A stretch of DNA of 64,000 bases from Octopus vulgaris (lineage: Eukaryota): contig OX597814.1 of the NCBI GenBank assembly GCA_951406725.2, positions 13,392,001 through 13,456,000 of the forward strand, given 5' to 3'. The position numbers and the translations under genes were made by a program. The notes under the pieces are model-generated. The model was not told the origin of the DNA and searched no databases. It worked only from the letters and a program-made list of their open reading frames with translations. Of this stretch, positions 38,158-52,149 are shown piece by piece; within the stretch, counting starts at the first letter, position 1, and every line of letters starts with the position of its first letter.

Positions 38158-41021
38158 TATATGTATATAATCATGTATAAAGATTTACGTACATATACTT
38201 CCACATTCAGTAATAAGCAAGTAAACGCCCATTACTCACACACATATATGATGTGAGTTTTATGTATGATTGCGCAATGTTAATGCTAAAATAAATTGTT
38301 TAAAAGACAATGGAAGGCAAAGCGAAAAATACAATTCATGCAGAATAAATGAAAACAAAACAACTTTTTCACTTTACTTTTATTTCTGTATTTCAAGGAA
38401 AATAGACCTTCGTCAGAAAAAAAATTGAGGATGGAGTCTACTAATAGGTTATTTCAGTTATGTGAATGGCCTGTGTGTTTTGTGATATAGTCAGATTAAG
38501 AGAGTTGTAGTAACCTGACTATTTCGTGTATCTTGTTAATAGTTGATTCTACTTTTCCACTGGTGTAGTTTCCTTAGATCCTGAAATTGGCAATGTGATT
38601 TTTTTCGCCGTAAAATCCTGAGAACGGCATTGTTCCAGGTGATTTTTGCAATGACACATTCTCACGTCCCTTGATGCCAATGCGCATCACCCGATGTGGT
38701 AACTGTTACATTTGCTGCAGACAATCTCGTGCACCCAGTATGGCTCATATTGTTGAATCTGCATATTCAGATTAAGAAGCAACCAGAAACAAATACATCA
38801 TTCCAGAAATTATTAGAAATAGGCCCACGTTCAGAATTTTACAGTTAACATTTCGGCAATAGAACATATTATCGGTGATTTCAGAATGAAACGGCATCTC
38901 CTCACTTATAAATTACATTTATAAACCAAAATTAGATGAGAATTACTTACGGCAAACTGTTTTTGCAATCCTACCATTATGTGCCTGTGCTAATATAGAA
39001 GACTTACATGTAACTAGGAAAAATATCTGTTCAATGCGTTTCTCAATTGTCTCCATAAAAATGAGTATAACCCCGAAATAAAGAAATACAAGTTGACGTT
39101 CAGCCAGTTGTTTTCTTTTCATTATTGTTTTAAAACCTCTACGTCAATGTCCCTACATACAGGGTTTCAGGATGTTACATTTTCATATAAGGCAAGCGTA
39201 CTTGTGTGTGTATGAGACCGTGCGTGCCTCTCTGTGTGTGTGCATACGTGTGTGTGTATGTTTTGATAGGCGAAAGCGTGAGGAAGAAAGTATGCCTGTT
39301 TGTTTATTTATTAAACCTGTCGCAAATGTGGCAAATACAGTACACCAAACTCATAGACAGTATATGTATGTATGTATGTATGCATATATATATATGTGTG
39401 TGTGTGTGTAAGTATTTAGCCCACATGTGATCGTGTCAGCATATGTGAATGAGACTTTATGCGTCTGCTTTTATGTGTAGCTAGGTTTACAGTCTTGCAA
39501 ACTTATAACGTTGGGCAATTGTTATGTGTCTCGACTGAAAAAAATGATATATTTATTAAGCATTATATCTAATGCCATTTACACTAAAAAAATTATTGCT
39601 TTAAAAGTTATAAAATATTCACGTGTCTGTATTGAAACTGAATAAAATTCATCATTGTCGACTCTCAAAGGTCAAAATAATGTTGCTGAGACATATGACC
39701 ATACATCATTTTGAATACACAAAGGACGCAACATATAGTTTAATCCTTTGGTGTTGCTGCGTAAGAAGATAAGACACTACTGGGTAGAGCAGATAAGAGA
39801 CAGATGAATATGGTCATTGATAATAATGTCAGTAGAATTGTGATTCTCCAAGTTCAGAGGTTTACAAGCTATTTCGTAGATATAGAAAGAAATCGAAAAT
39901 GGAAAACTATAAAGCAATGGGCAAATAACAGCGATGAAATATTGTTGTATTCCCATCATATGTGTTGTAACTAATTTGATGTATCTTCTACAATTGTCAG
40001 TAACATCTTGCTCAAAGTGATTCTTTTTTAGTTCTTATTTAGATCTTTGTTTCTACTTACCTTGGTGAGCAGCATGTTGTTCGTTATACTTACTGTCTAA
40101 AATATTCTTCCTAAATGATGCGATGTTCGCTTTAGTTTTTATCTATATACTACTATTTTTTCGAAGTAAAGTTCTATATAATATATGTTTCAGAGAGTTT
40201 TTCTTTTCTTTTATACATTTTCTCTTATCAGCTGAATGTCTAAAATGCTCATGCATACATTCATATGTTATGTTCATATATCCATTCACACACATACGTA
40301 CATATATGTATATGCATATGTATATACGTATATATGTAAGTATATAAATATATATATATATATATATGTCTGTGTGTGTATGTGTGTGCACACACACGCA
40401 CGCATATATATTCAATTTCCTTCTTGCAGATATTTACATCCTTGTTGGTATATTTTTGTTTATAATGCATTTAATCATAATTCCGTTCGTATCTCTACAA
40501 ATATTTTTCTAGAAGGATTATCAGCTGCCATATGTATAGTATTACTTGTTTCTGACCATTCAGTAGACTTTTGATGTATTGTGATTTTTATCAGTAATAA
40601 TAACACACTATTTACCATTCTGCTGCAATTGTTGCATTGCCTTGTATATTTGACCGTATAGGAAATCGATTCTCACTTGCTGATGAAAAGCTTTAACCCT
40701 TGATGAAATTTCACGATTTATATGTAGAATGTGTCATCATCCCTTAATCTAGATATGTCGATTGGTCTAGGAATGAATATTTTCAGTGTGTCCCTCATAG
40801 GTTACTGATTCATTTTCCGCCAGCTTCTTGTACAGGAATACGGAATGCACCTGAACTCTTGTAAAACTGTTCAAAGGGTATTTGTTTTCTATTGATATAT
40901 GAGGCCGCTTAACATAAATTATATTTAGCATCCGCCATATTAAGAATTTTACTGTCGATCGGTAACAGTAAAAGGATTCAATGTATCAATGAAAATGTTC
41001 AGTAATATAAATGTTATGTAT

Positions 41022-41655
41022 AAGATGGCAGATCTGGTAGAATAATTTGCACGCCTGGCAAAATGCTTAGAGGTATTTCGTCTGTCATCACCTTTTGAGT
41101 TCAAATCCCTTTCATTTTTTCGAGATAGATAAAATAAGTACCAGTTTATTATTGAGGTTGATGTAATGGTTCTATCCCACTCCAGAATTGCTGGCTATGT
41201 GCTAAAATTTGAAATTAATATTAGCGTTACTTTCGTAAGAGAACTTCTAACAACATTATGAAACAAATGGTTAAGGCGGCGAACTGGCAGAATCGTTTAG
41301 CGCTGGACGAAATGTTTAGCGGTATTTCGTGTGTCTTTACGTTCTGAGTTCAAATTTCACCGAGGTCGACTTTGCCTTTCATCCTTTCAGTGTCGATTAA
41401 ATAAGTACCAGTTACGCACTGGGGTCGATATAATTGACTTAATCCGTTTGTCTGTCCTTGTTTGTCCTCTCTGTGTTTAGCCCCTTGTGGGTAGTAAACA
41501 AATAGGTATTTCTGATTTCAAATTTCGCCGAGGTCGACTTTGCATTTCATCCTTTCGGTGTCAATAACTGAAGTACCAGTTGCGTACTGGGTCCATCTCA
41601 TCGACTGGCCGCTCCCCCAAAATGTCGGGTCTTGTGTGCCTAGTGTAAGAAAATA
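41022..41655 (+). mobile_element. Three tandem copies or fragments of SINE family C (41022-41220, 41273-41505, 41511-41655)
   Basis: Repeated ggcggcgaactggcagaatcgtt...gagttcaaat...gaggtcgactttgcctttcatcctttc..aagtaccagtt; same family as 57815-58045. Confidence 0.85.
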
Positions 41656-42860
41656 TATTACCGAAATTTTATCCTAGTTTCTTTTTTTTTTTGATAAAGT
41701 ACTTGTCCCCATATGATTCTGAGTTACAAGAGCGTCCATTTTTAAGGCTAAAGATGTGTGTTTGTATACTGTATTCTATTTCGTCGGTTTATGCATAACT
41801 TTTCTCTTGCTTCTTGCAAGCAACAAGCAAAGAAAAGATATATTATCCAGCTCTGAATTAATAATTTTATTTGAACTCAATCTCTACCCCGGTAGGATGT
41901 GAAAATATATTTGACTGATGAGGTCCGTTCTTGAATTATGGGCATATCAGCATATGCCAGAGCATGACCACTGTTTATGCTTCAGATATTATTTCTCGTA
42001 CATCTTATCCAATTTCGTTCCTGTTGGCATTTCCCAATTTTAGTTTAATTTCAGGTATATAACAACAGTAACTCTATTCCTCTGGATCCTTTCTTATGCA
42101 GGACGACATGTTGGCAATGAAAAATGGCGTAGTTATCAATTTGTTTATTTTGTTTATTTTCTACATACCCTGCCGTTGATGTATTCTGCTCTGTTACAGG
42201 TATTTGTTGATTTCGTACTGGAAGTCAACGATCTTCTTATACAATTAATAATATTACAGCGTCAACACCGAGTGTTGTACTTCGAAATCAACAATTATGT
42301 TTTATTTTTTGTACCATGTTTATCTCAGGCATTAGACATTGTTGATATCTTTCATTGTTAAATTTCTTGTACAATATTCTGTAATCACACGTCACATGCT
42401 TTTCCATTTTATTTATTTTCGTTTTGTGGCATATGCTTCTAAATTTCTAACGACATATATTTTATTCTTTTAATCGAAGTTAGTGAACTTATTTGTTGAT
42501 GTGATCCAAGTACTACTTTATAACTATTTGTAATAATATGTTGTTAAATTATTATTCAAGTTTACATTAACAACTTTATAAGTAAGCTGATTCCTATTCT
42601 CCGTGGTAAAAATATATTTACAAATACACGTATATACTATAGTCACACGTTGCTTTATATCATCCTGTATATTTTACTTCATTAATTCAGTGTCCTGAGA
42701 AGATAGAGTTCATTAAAGATTATTACTGTGAAATCTAAAATATTTATGACGCTTATTTCACTTTTTATGTAGAAATATAATGCATCGTTACTGCAGTATA
42801 TGTATTCCATTAAATATACAATTACGTCTTATTTGTACAATCATTACATAAATACATTTC

Positions 42861-43015
42861 TACATTATTTACATTTGACGGATATTCGTCCTCATCTTAC
42901 TTGTTGCTAACACAACGTTTCGGTTGATATACTCTCCAGATAAGGACAAATATTCGTCAAATGTAAATAATATAAATAATGTACATAATTTCTCATCTAT
43001 TAAATATAGAACAGT
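42861..43015. mobile_element. Inverted (head-to-head) pair of HHR-tail fragments of the 30534-31180 family
   Basis: Minus ctggagagtatatcaaccGAAACgttgtgttagcaacaagtaagatgaggac joined to plus agataaggacaaatattcgtcaaatgtaaataat; 34-bp arms with 3 mismatches. Confidence 0.75.
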
Positions 43016-43564
43016 ATTACATAAATATACTTACTTATTCTTTGTTTTTTATAATTGCTTCAGCGCTTCTATAGTATGTCATATAGAGCTGACGAATTTG
43101 AGGTTGTTATCTCAAAATACAAATATCTGGGCAACTCTTAGCTGATAAAATGATAAAACCATTAGAGATGGAGAAGATATGATTCCTCATATGATATATT
43201 CTAAGATCGATTACATTTTACAATTCCATATTTGCTCTCTGTCCGAATAATTGTTTCCCATTTACTAATAACGTGTTAGATGTGTTTATACCTGTTGTAA
43301 CAGTATCCGTGGCTAATGTCAACAGAATCCACTTTTGAAGCGCACAGTCACATGCCTTCTAGTAGCAAACTCTAAAATGTTTAACCCTTCGTCCACTTTT
43401 TGTGGGTTATAACACTTCCATAAATTGTTCTACATGAGCAATTTTTTATTTAGTTAATTCACTTATATACATGCTTGCTGCATAATTTGCATAATTTTAT
43501 TCCTCTTCAAATATATATCGAAATGCATTTGACTGGGTCTCCCAGATTCTCTTTTAGCTCTTTT

Positions 43565-43697
43565 AGAAAGCAAAAATTCCGATAGAAAGGTATAACAAAG
43601 AATAAGTCATGGGGTCGATTTCTTCCACTAAAAACCCTTTACGGCGGTGCACCAGCATAGTCGCAGTGAAATGCCTGAAACAGGTAAAAGAGAATAT
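43565..43697 (+). mobile_element. SINE family B 3' fragment
   Basis: ggtcgatt..actaaa..ggcggtgcaccagcatagtcgcagtgaaatgcctgaaacaggtaaaaga matches the reverse complement of 50538-50670. Confidence 0.75.
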
Positions 43698-43724
43698 ATA
43701 CATACATACATACATACATACACG

Positions 43725-43766
<42 letters not shown>

Positions 43767-43769
<3 letters not shown>

Positions 43770-44115
43770 GGTGATTCAAAAGTCGCCATACATAGGAACG
43801 ATTTATCTTTTTTATAAGAAACAGTTTATAAGAACAGTTTCTTATATTTGACAGGCTCTATGTGGTTACCATTGTTTTCAATACGCATTGCAATACATTT
43901 ACACCACTCATTTTGAACTCGTAATACCACTTCTGGTGATACTTGTGCAAATGAGTTGGTGATGCGATCCTTCAAATGATTTCGCGATACCCCATGCCTT
44001 TCAAATGTCCCCTAAAGATAGAAATCAAGAGGAATCAGATTAAGGGATCAAGGAGGTCTTATAAACTGTTCCTTATAAAAAATTGTTTCGTATGTATGGA
44101 GACATTTGAATCACC

Positions 44116-44118
<3 letters not shown>
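43767..44118 (-). mobile_element. Internally deleted Tc1/mariner element (DDxD, maT/rosa-like C-terminus)
   Basis: TIRs ggtgattcaaaagtcgccatacata and tatgtatggagacatttgaatcaccctg in TA context. Minus strand reads PP*SLNLIPLDFYL*GHLKG...LKDRI...CIAMRIENNGNHIE (SPDLTPLDF.LWG.LK-like). Confidence 0.85.
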
Positions 44119-44158
<40 letters not shown>

Positions 44159-44159
44159 A

Positions 44160-44414
44160 ATTAGTAAATAAATGGCACAACTAAGTACCGATATTTACTG
44201 GAAATAGCGAACGTAAAAATACGACGCTAATGTGTAGCTTCACCGCGTATGTATTAGCAAAAATGCGTGTGTGCAACAAATTAGAGAAAAAAAACCGTCT
44301 TACCTCCAGGGAGAACATCTGAAAGATGAAACACCCGGAAAAGGATAATGTGGTACCTGCAGGTTTCAGGTTTTACAAGATATGTCTCTCACCCATATTT
44401 TGTTTTACCTTCAT
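44160..44414 (-). mobile_element. Second copy of the HHR-bearing repeat; HHR truncated inside CUGAUGA
   Basis: Minus AUGA-AGGU[..]ACCU-GAAAC-CUGCAG-GUA-CCAC; homologous to 35658-35901. Confidence 0.75.
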
Positions 44415-44423
44415 ATATATGTA

Positions 44424-44551
44424 CTAGCACTATGACCCTGCAACGCTTTGCGGGGTGACTGGATAACTGTAAAGATGTGCACGACACCATTGGACGCTTT
44501 TGAATGACCATATTGTAGATTTGTATAAAGGACAAACGCAGACATTTTGCC

Positions 44552-44562
<11 letters not shown>
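44424..44562 (-). mobile_element. Short non-autonomous Helitron
   Basis: Minus 5' tatatataaacggca (shared with the 24380 copy) and 3' hairpin ccccgcaaagcgttgcaggg followed by CTAG. Confidence 0.7.
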
Positions 44563-44602
<40 letters not shown>

Positions 44603-44969
44603 TCGTTTCTGGATTTGGTGTGTAAGATTCTTTATGCGAGTTCGTGTGTTGAAGCATATTTTGATGTGACTGGGGATAGTCATTCTGCTTTTGTGCATGA
44701 TTCTTTAATACACTCACCGTTCAGTTTCCACTGATTTACTTCCTTATTTCCATTTTTGTGCTAAACTTTTTGTTGCGCCTTGTTACCTTTTCAGTAGTCG
44801 TTGACTCTGTCCGTTCTCTGAGTGGCCTTGAGAACGGACACACTCAAAAGGTTGCCACACGCAAAGAAAATTTAAGAGAAAGTTAAAGAGGTAGATTAGT
44901 GGCAGCTGAACCGGTGTGTGTATTTAATAATAAGGTACAAAAAGGGAATGACTCTCCCCAGACACAACG

Positions 44970-45038
<69 letters not shown>

Positions 45039-46199
45039 TACATATATATTTGTGTGTGAATTACATTCTGTATATTATAATTTCAATCTTACTTGACTGG
45101 TCCCGGTTTGAGTGCTGCAGGAAACATATTTAGGAAAGAAGATGTTAACGTGAAGCTTCCTATGAGATATTTAACGAGAAAATCTTACGCAGGTTTCATT
45201 AGCCCAGCGTTAAATTTATTACATAACGGAAAATCATTTAAGCTGGCAAGACTACGGACATCATGCAGATACATATCTATAAAACATTACCCACGTACAC
45301 ACAGACGCACACACACAAATACATACACACGCACGAACATACGCACACGTGGACTGATGAGCTCCGTTCTTGAATTACACACACATACGTATACATATAG
45401 CTACGTGTAGAAATATGTATATATACCTTTGTTGATTTATATATTGTTTATCCATACATATCTCCCGAAAGAAGTGTTTACTCACGGTAAAATGTAACAT
45501 CCTTTGGCATTCATTTGGATGTATATGTAATACTATCCAGTTAGATGCATGCATTCGTCTACAGAAAAATAATATACATATAAATATCTAGAATCGAAAC
45601 AGACAAGGAATCCTTAATAATCATTTAAAACATAGCCTCCCGAAACCTAAGCACCAAATTCATTTCAACATCAATGTATCTTGAGATATTTGATGAACTG
45701 TTTTACGTACGATCAAAATCCGTCTTTCCATACAAAGAATTTTGCAGCCTGAATTTGACTAAACTCTGTTCATATTTACTTTCGCGATTGACGAAAACAA
45801 ACATTGATAATATCATTTCAATAAACAATAATATATATCCTGAACCAAATTTCTATTAAGTCTCAGCAAACACAAGAATAATTTTCCCCCAGAGTTTTCT
45901 ATTCAACTTCCTATATAACGGTTTTACCAGTCTTATTGTTATTCATTTAGCTGCAACTATTCGGAATAACACGGCACCAAAACTCTATACATATCCAAAA
46001 GGAACCCAAGTATAGTAGAAACTTATGAGGTTGAAGAATCTAGAAACCGTTAAGTTGCAGTCAAACAAATTTAATTAACATATATGAATGCATACATACA
46101 TGCACGCACACCTAAATATATATGCATACATACAGCAACGCAGATGCATTCATAATTTTTTAGAAATAAATTACTGAGAATGTAAATTCCAGTCAAATT

Positions 46200-46820
46200 C
46201 TGATCATCGAGAACCGGGTTGAGTTGGCTGAGTGAAATTCTTTCCTTCGTCAAAACAATTGATGTACCTGAGATTGTTAGCAAACCGATCAGCTAAGCGC
46301 CGGTCAATTTGACCAATGTGAAGTGAATGACAGAATAGTGGATGCATTAAATTACGTTTCCGAAGGTGTAGGCGAAAAAGTCGGTGATGTAGTAGGTGAT
46401 AGTATGTTGGAAAGGTGAGTAGGATAGGAGGAGGAAAAGCTGAGATAAGAGTGGGAGTCTGTGGGTTTATGGTGGATAGAACTGATAAAAGAAGAGTGGT
46501 AGATGGTAATAGAATTGTCGATGGACAGCAGTAGTAGAGACAGAAGACGAGAATTCGAGGGTGGAACGGAAGGACTTGATGAAAGAGAGGAAGGAGCCGC
46601 GCGATTGAAGTTTGGAGTATTTCGCACGGTTGAGGTAGAGAATTAAAAGAAGTGGGCAAGAAACTGGGGTGGGGGACTAGATAAAAACAAGGATTAGGCA
46701 AGAGGGAGAAATCTATGAAAGGTGTGTGTTTTGGAGAGATGAGAGCTGATACTAGCATTCTTAAGGGGCAGGCAAGTGGCGCGGGTTATGGTTAAGATGG
46801 TGGAAACTGAAGGGGAGGTG
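46200..46820 (-). mobile_element. Penelope-like element fragment (RT C-terminus and GIY-YIG)
   Basis: ORF 46352 SIHHKPTDSHSYLSFSSSYPTH (YRKPT..YL...S.HP-like); ORF 46204 CHSLHIGQIDRRLADRFANNLR (YIG...RL..RF.EH-like). Confidence 0.85.
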
Positions 46821-46932
46821 TGCTTATATATGTGTGTATATATGTCTTCAAGAGAGAAAGAGAGAGATTAGGAATAACTTGCATATATTCCCATCTATAT
46901 ATACATTATTATCTATCTATTTCTCCCTCTCC

Positions 46933-46965
<33 letters not shown>

Positions 46966-48620
46966 TGCATATATACACACACATACACACACACACATAT
47001 ATATATAAGTGTGTGTGTGTGTGCGTGCGCGCGTGTGTGTGCACGTGTTTGTGTGTGTGTCTGTGAGTGTGTGTATCCTTCTTACACCCATCCTTTTTGC
47101 CACATACTTGCCTAACTCAAGCACTTTGCTTCGCTACCCATTGAAGGCCTTATGCTTATTATGATTAATATTCCTTTGAGCTGATCATAGTCATAATACA
47201 TAAAGAAAATTATTTCTCAACCAACTAAGAAAAATAACTGATTATTAGTTAGAACCTTAGTGATTGCCAGCAGATTTGTATTATTACTGATTAAGAAAAG
47301 AACCAACATCAACTACCTCAGATATTTTGATCATGCAGTGTGCTTCTGTTTAATTTACCATTATAGTTGAGATAACTTATATCAGGTTATGTTAACTGAA
47401 TTTGAGGAATTTGTAGAGTAAAGAGCATACACATTTATTTTGTTTCTCCTACATTATATAATTACTTAAACATCCTATTCATTGGCAGCCATCTAGAGCA
47501 CATCGTAGTTCTTTAAATCGAAAATTATAATATCATTCGCTCTCTCCCTATACGGAAACATTTTGTTTTACTTTCTATAGTTAATGTATTAATTTAACAT
47601 TATCTCACAATTTCCTACACATCTCCATATATCAAAAATATCACATACGTTTTGCTATAACTAACTTCACATCCTTTCCACCCAGCTATCCGCAAGAAAT
47701 CATTGAACTTTCACTATTTATCTTTCCTGTAAATAGTTTCCATGACTTTTCAGAAATTCGTCGTCCTAAAGCTTAATCAACCGTTTTATCTAAACCATGG
47801 ACTCTCTCCATTTTTATGATATTTTATAATGATTTGTGCTTTTTTTCCTCTTCCTTGCCCTTCATTATACATAACAATTTTAGCTGTTACCTCAGTGATC
47901 AAACATGTTTTACTTTCAGATGGAAAATCTAGTGTTATTATGCCACCGCATCTTAAATATTTCTTCCTTATTCTGTACCGTTAGCACCGAGAAATTGACT
48001 TATTTACTGATGGCTCTGTCACAGCCAATACGCAAATTGCATTATTAAGTAGCCTCCTTATTAAACTTTACAGAACATATGCAACAGGGAAAGAAAATTG
48101 ATTCTCTAACGGTGAGACAAACGAAAGACACTTAACTAGCTAACGTAAAAGTTCGAAGGAAATTGCATTACTGTCGACATTTACCACTCTCGCTCTCTCA
48201 GTCACGGACCCACACTGACTGTCTTACAGACTGACTGACAGACAGAATCACTCACTCACTCACGCACTCACTCACCCACCTACTCACACACTCACTCACA
48301 TACACTCAAACACTCACACATGCATGCACACACATGTTTCTGTATACATACGCGTTTCTGTCTTCCTGTATATTAGTAAGCCTCCTATATAATTATGTAC
48401 AATAAGCCTAAATACTATTACTGAAGATTTCTACTAGAAATAAAGTGAGAAGTGCTTGATTTATGAGGTAACTGGTTGTCTAAGGCTATATTTATTTAGC
48501 TCACCTAATGAAGATAGATGAGGCGCTGAAAACTAGTTATGGAATATTATAGAGATAACATTAGTTATAAATCACATAAATCACATAACAATAGATAGAC
48601 ATTCAATCGAACACATGCAA

Positions 48621-48986
<366 letters not shown>

Positions 48987-49744
48987 TTCTGTAGCTAAGT
49001 ATTTCATTATAGATGTGTGTTTGTTCCCCTCCACGCGATTGTGATAATGCATTTATATGTAGCATTGTAATGCAGATTGCATGTATGAACTTTTGACTCA
49101 ACTTACATATGTAGACAAATGCAAACAGCGTTATTTCTTGTTTAGCGTATTCTATTTCTTGTTTAGCGTATAAAAAAAAAATGAATCATTATGATTTGCG
49201 TCCAATCAGCTTTTATGCACATTATATCAGTAAAAAGCTATCCACTGTCTTTCATGACAATCTCTTGTGAATTCGACTACTTTATGGATTCTACTCATCA
49301 CTATTCTCTCTTTTAGATGATCGCTCTGTATGAAATTCAGTATCTGCGTGAACGTTCATAGAACTCTCTCTTTCATTCAATCAACTTTAGATTAACAAAC
49401 GGAATGGCGTTGGCTGCACTCATTGCTTCTATATCTTGGTGACTTATGCATAGTCACGTCATACGAAACGCACTTTTAAGTAGAATAACCCTATTTTTAT
49501 CATCTTACTGACATTTCCGAATGTGCATCATGTACGATTGACTTAAAAACCACAGAGGGCATTGATATCGAATCCACGCGCACAAACGTTGAGAGCATTA
49601 TCCGAAGCAGACATGACGATCTTGTTTATACCAACAGAGAAAAAAAAACCCAAAACATGCACACATGTATTATACCTTCACTCGCACACATGCACACACA
49701 TATATATATATGTGTGTGTGTGTATGGATATATATATATATATG

Positions 49745-49794
<50 letters not shown>

Positions 49795-49811
49795 TATATA
49801 CATATACATAT

Positions 49812-49850
<39 letters not shown>

Positions 49851-49859
49851 TATATGCAC

Positions 49860-49935
<76 letters not shown>

Positions 49936-50537
49936 TAATGGTGTCAGTGAAACCCAAAGCTGTCAAGTAATTCTGAATAAGTGCTATAGACAAACCTTAG
50001 TTAAGTTCCAGATTCGGTAATATTGCGAATAAAGGTTCAACGATGGTTCTATGTCTATCCTAAGAATGTCTATCCTATTACGCAGCAAAGTCTTATGTAT
50101 ATATATATATATATAAATGTACGTGTAATATATACATAGTACAATATATACAATACACTCAATGAATCCGTGTACTCATGTCATGTTGTGATTCCTCAGC
50201 AAATAGATATACTGCCTTTCTGTTTCACGATGCATGCCTTTGACGCTCTTGTGCTAAATTCATAGAGTTTCAAAGCCCATATTCCTCAAAGAATAGAGTG
50301 GTTTAAGCAGAGTTCTTTCCACTGAGAGTCTAAAGTATATTAAACGGACTCACGAAAAGTGTCATAGAACTTAGTTTCAGACAAAACATCCGCAATTTAA
50401 TATGCACCACCAAGCAAATGACGCCTGGGGGAAAAGAACAATGTCTTCCTACTTCATTATATGTTATATAATTAATTGTAACGAACTGCTTTTCGTAAAC
50501 ATAGGAAACGACTGTGCTGGTGTTTTAAGTTATTTGT

Positions 50538-50905
50538 TTACTCTTTTACTCTTTTACTTGTTTCAGTCATTTGACTGTGGCCCTGCTGGAGCACCGCCTT
50601 TAGTCGAGCAAATCGACCGCAGGACTTATTCGTTGTAAGCCTAGTACTTCTTCTATCGGTCTCTTTTACCGAACCGCTAAGTTACGGGGACGTAAACACA
50701 CCAGCATCGGTTGTCAATCGATATTGGGGGGACAAAGACATACACACAAGCACACACACACATGTATATATACATATATACGACGGGCTTCTTTCAGTAT
50801 CCTTCTACCAAATCCACTCTCAAGGCTTTGTTCGGCTCGAGGCTATAGTAGAAGACACTTGCCCAAGGTGCCACGCAGTGGGACCGAACCCGGAACCACG
50901 TGGTT
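50538..50905 (-). mobile_element. SINE family B (5' part of head missing)
   Basis: Minus gttccgggttcggtcccactgcgtggcaccttgggcaagtgtcttctactatagcc..., ending ggcggtgctccagcagggccacagtcaaatgactgaaacaa(gtaaaaga)n. Confidence 0.85.
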
Positions 50906-51212
50906 AAGTTATATGTTTGTAAGTTTTCTCTCTTTTACGAATTATAATGACAGATTTATGTTTTGTGAATAATACTCTCTTCACAACCGTTGTCGGTAAA
51001 AGTGGTGAACTTTCGTGTACCGGCAATATATTATTTGACAAGATAACCTTTTTTTTTTTAAATTTCGAGAAGACCAGAATCTCTATTATGAAAATCAATA
51101 CTAGTTTCAATACTGTGCTCACTAACTGAAGCAATAAAACATCATCGCGAATAGTAATTTAGTGACAGTTGCGCGCGCACACGCAAGCACACAGACACAT
51201 ATCTTTATGTAT

Positions 51213-51252
<40 letters not shown>

Positions 51253-52149
51253 GTGTGCATGTGTATATATGTGTGTGTTTGTATGTATGTATGCATGCAT
51301 ACATGTATATGTTATACGTCTATATATATATATATATATATATACATATTCATATATATATACACACCCATAGATGCACACACTCATACACGCACACACA
51401 CACACAAATGCACGTGCGCGCATGTGTTTGTGTGTGTGGTGTGCGTTTGAAGCTATAATACATGTGTGTTTATTGTCACATGCATAGACAATAAAATAAA
51501 CAACACAATGTGAAAATTGAGAATTGAAGTGGTATCTTAACCACGGTTATATCACGGTTGTATCACGGGTGATACAACCACGGTTGTATCACGGGTGAAA
51601 TGTATTTGGAATGAAATCCACTATATACTTGGTGGTAGTGGTTGTGAGAATACGTGTCGGACTGGGAGAAGAGTTAGGAAATAAACGCGGGATTAAACAA
51701 GACGTTGTAGGGACAAGATTGATTGTCCGCAAGGTAATCGGTAGAGACCATGCAAAGAAAGAAAGACAAATAGTGGAGAAAGAGAAACTGTTAGGGTTAT
51801 GCGGAGCCTGCGTCCAGAGTGTGATCGACATGAAAAGATGCGGACATTTGTAATTATAAATCAATCGTCATTTATTAACTCGGCGAATTAGAAGAGATAC
51901 ATTTTGAGAGTGAAATCTTATGGGATTAAACTGATTTGCAAGTTGATCAAAGGGCATTCAGTATACTATTGTAACAGCCTATCACAATATATAAATAGAG
52001 TTTTTTGCAAGAGTTTTGCAGATAATACGGTGTATACGGCAAGAGATTTTGATGTATTGTATTTTCAATCAATATTATTTAAACGAACCTAACTTTATCA
52101 AGTATTATTGTTCGACCATATGAACTTAATTTTCTTAAAATATAAACAA

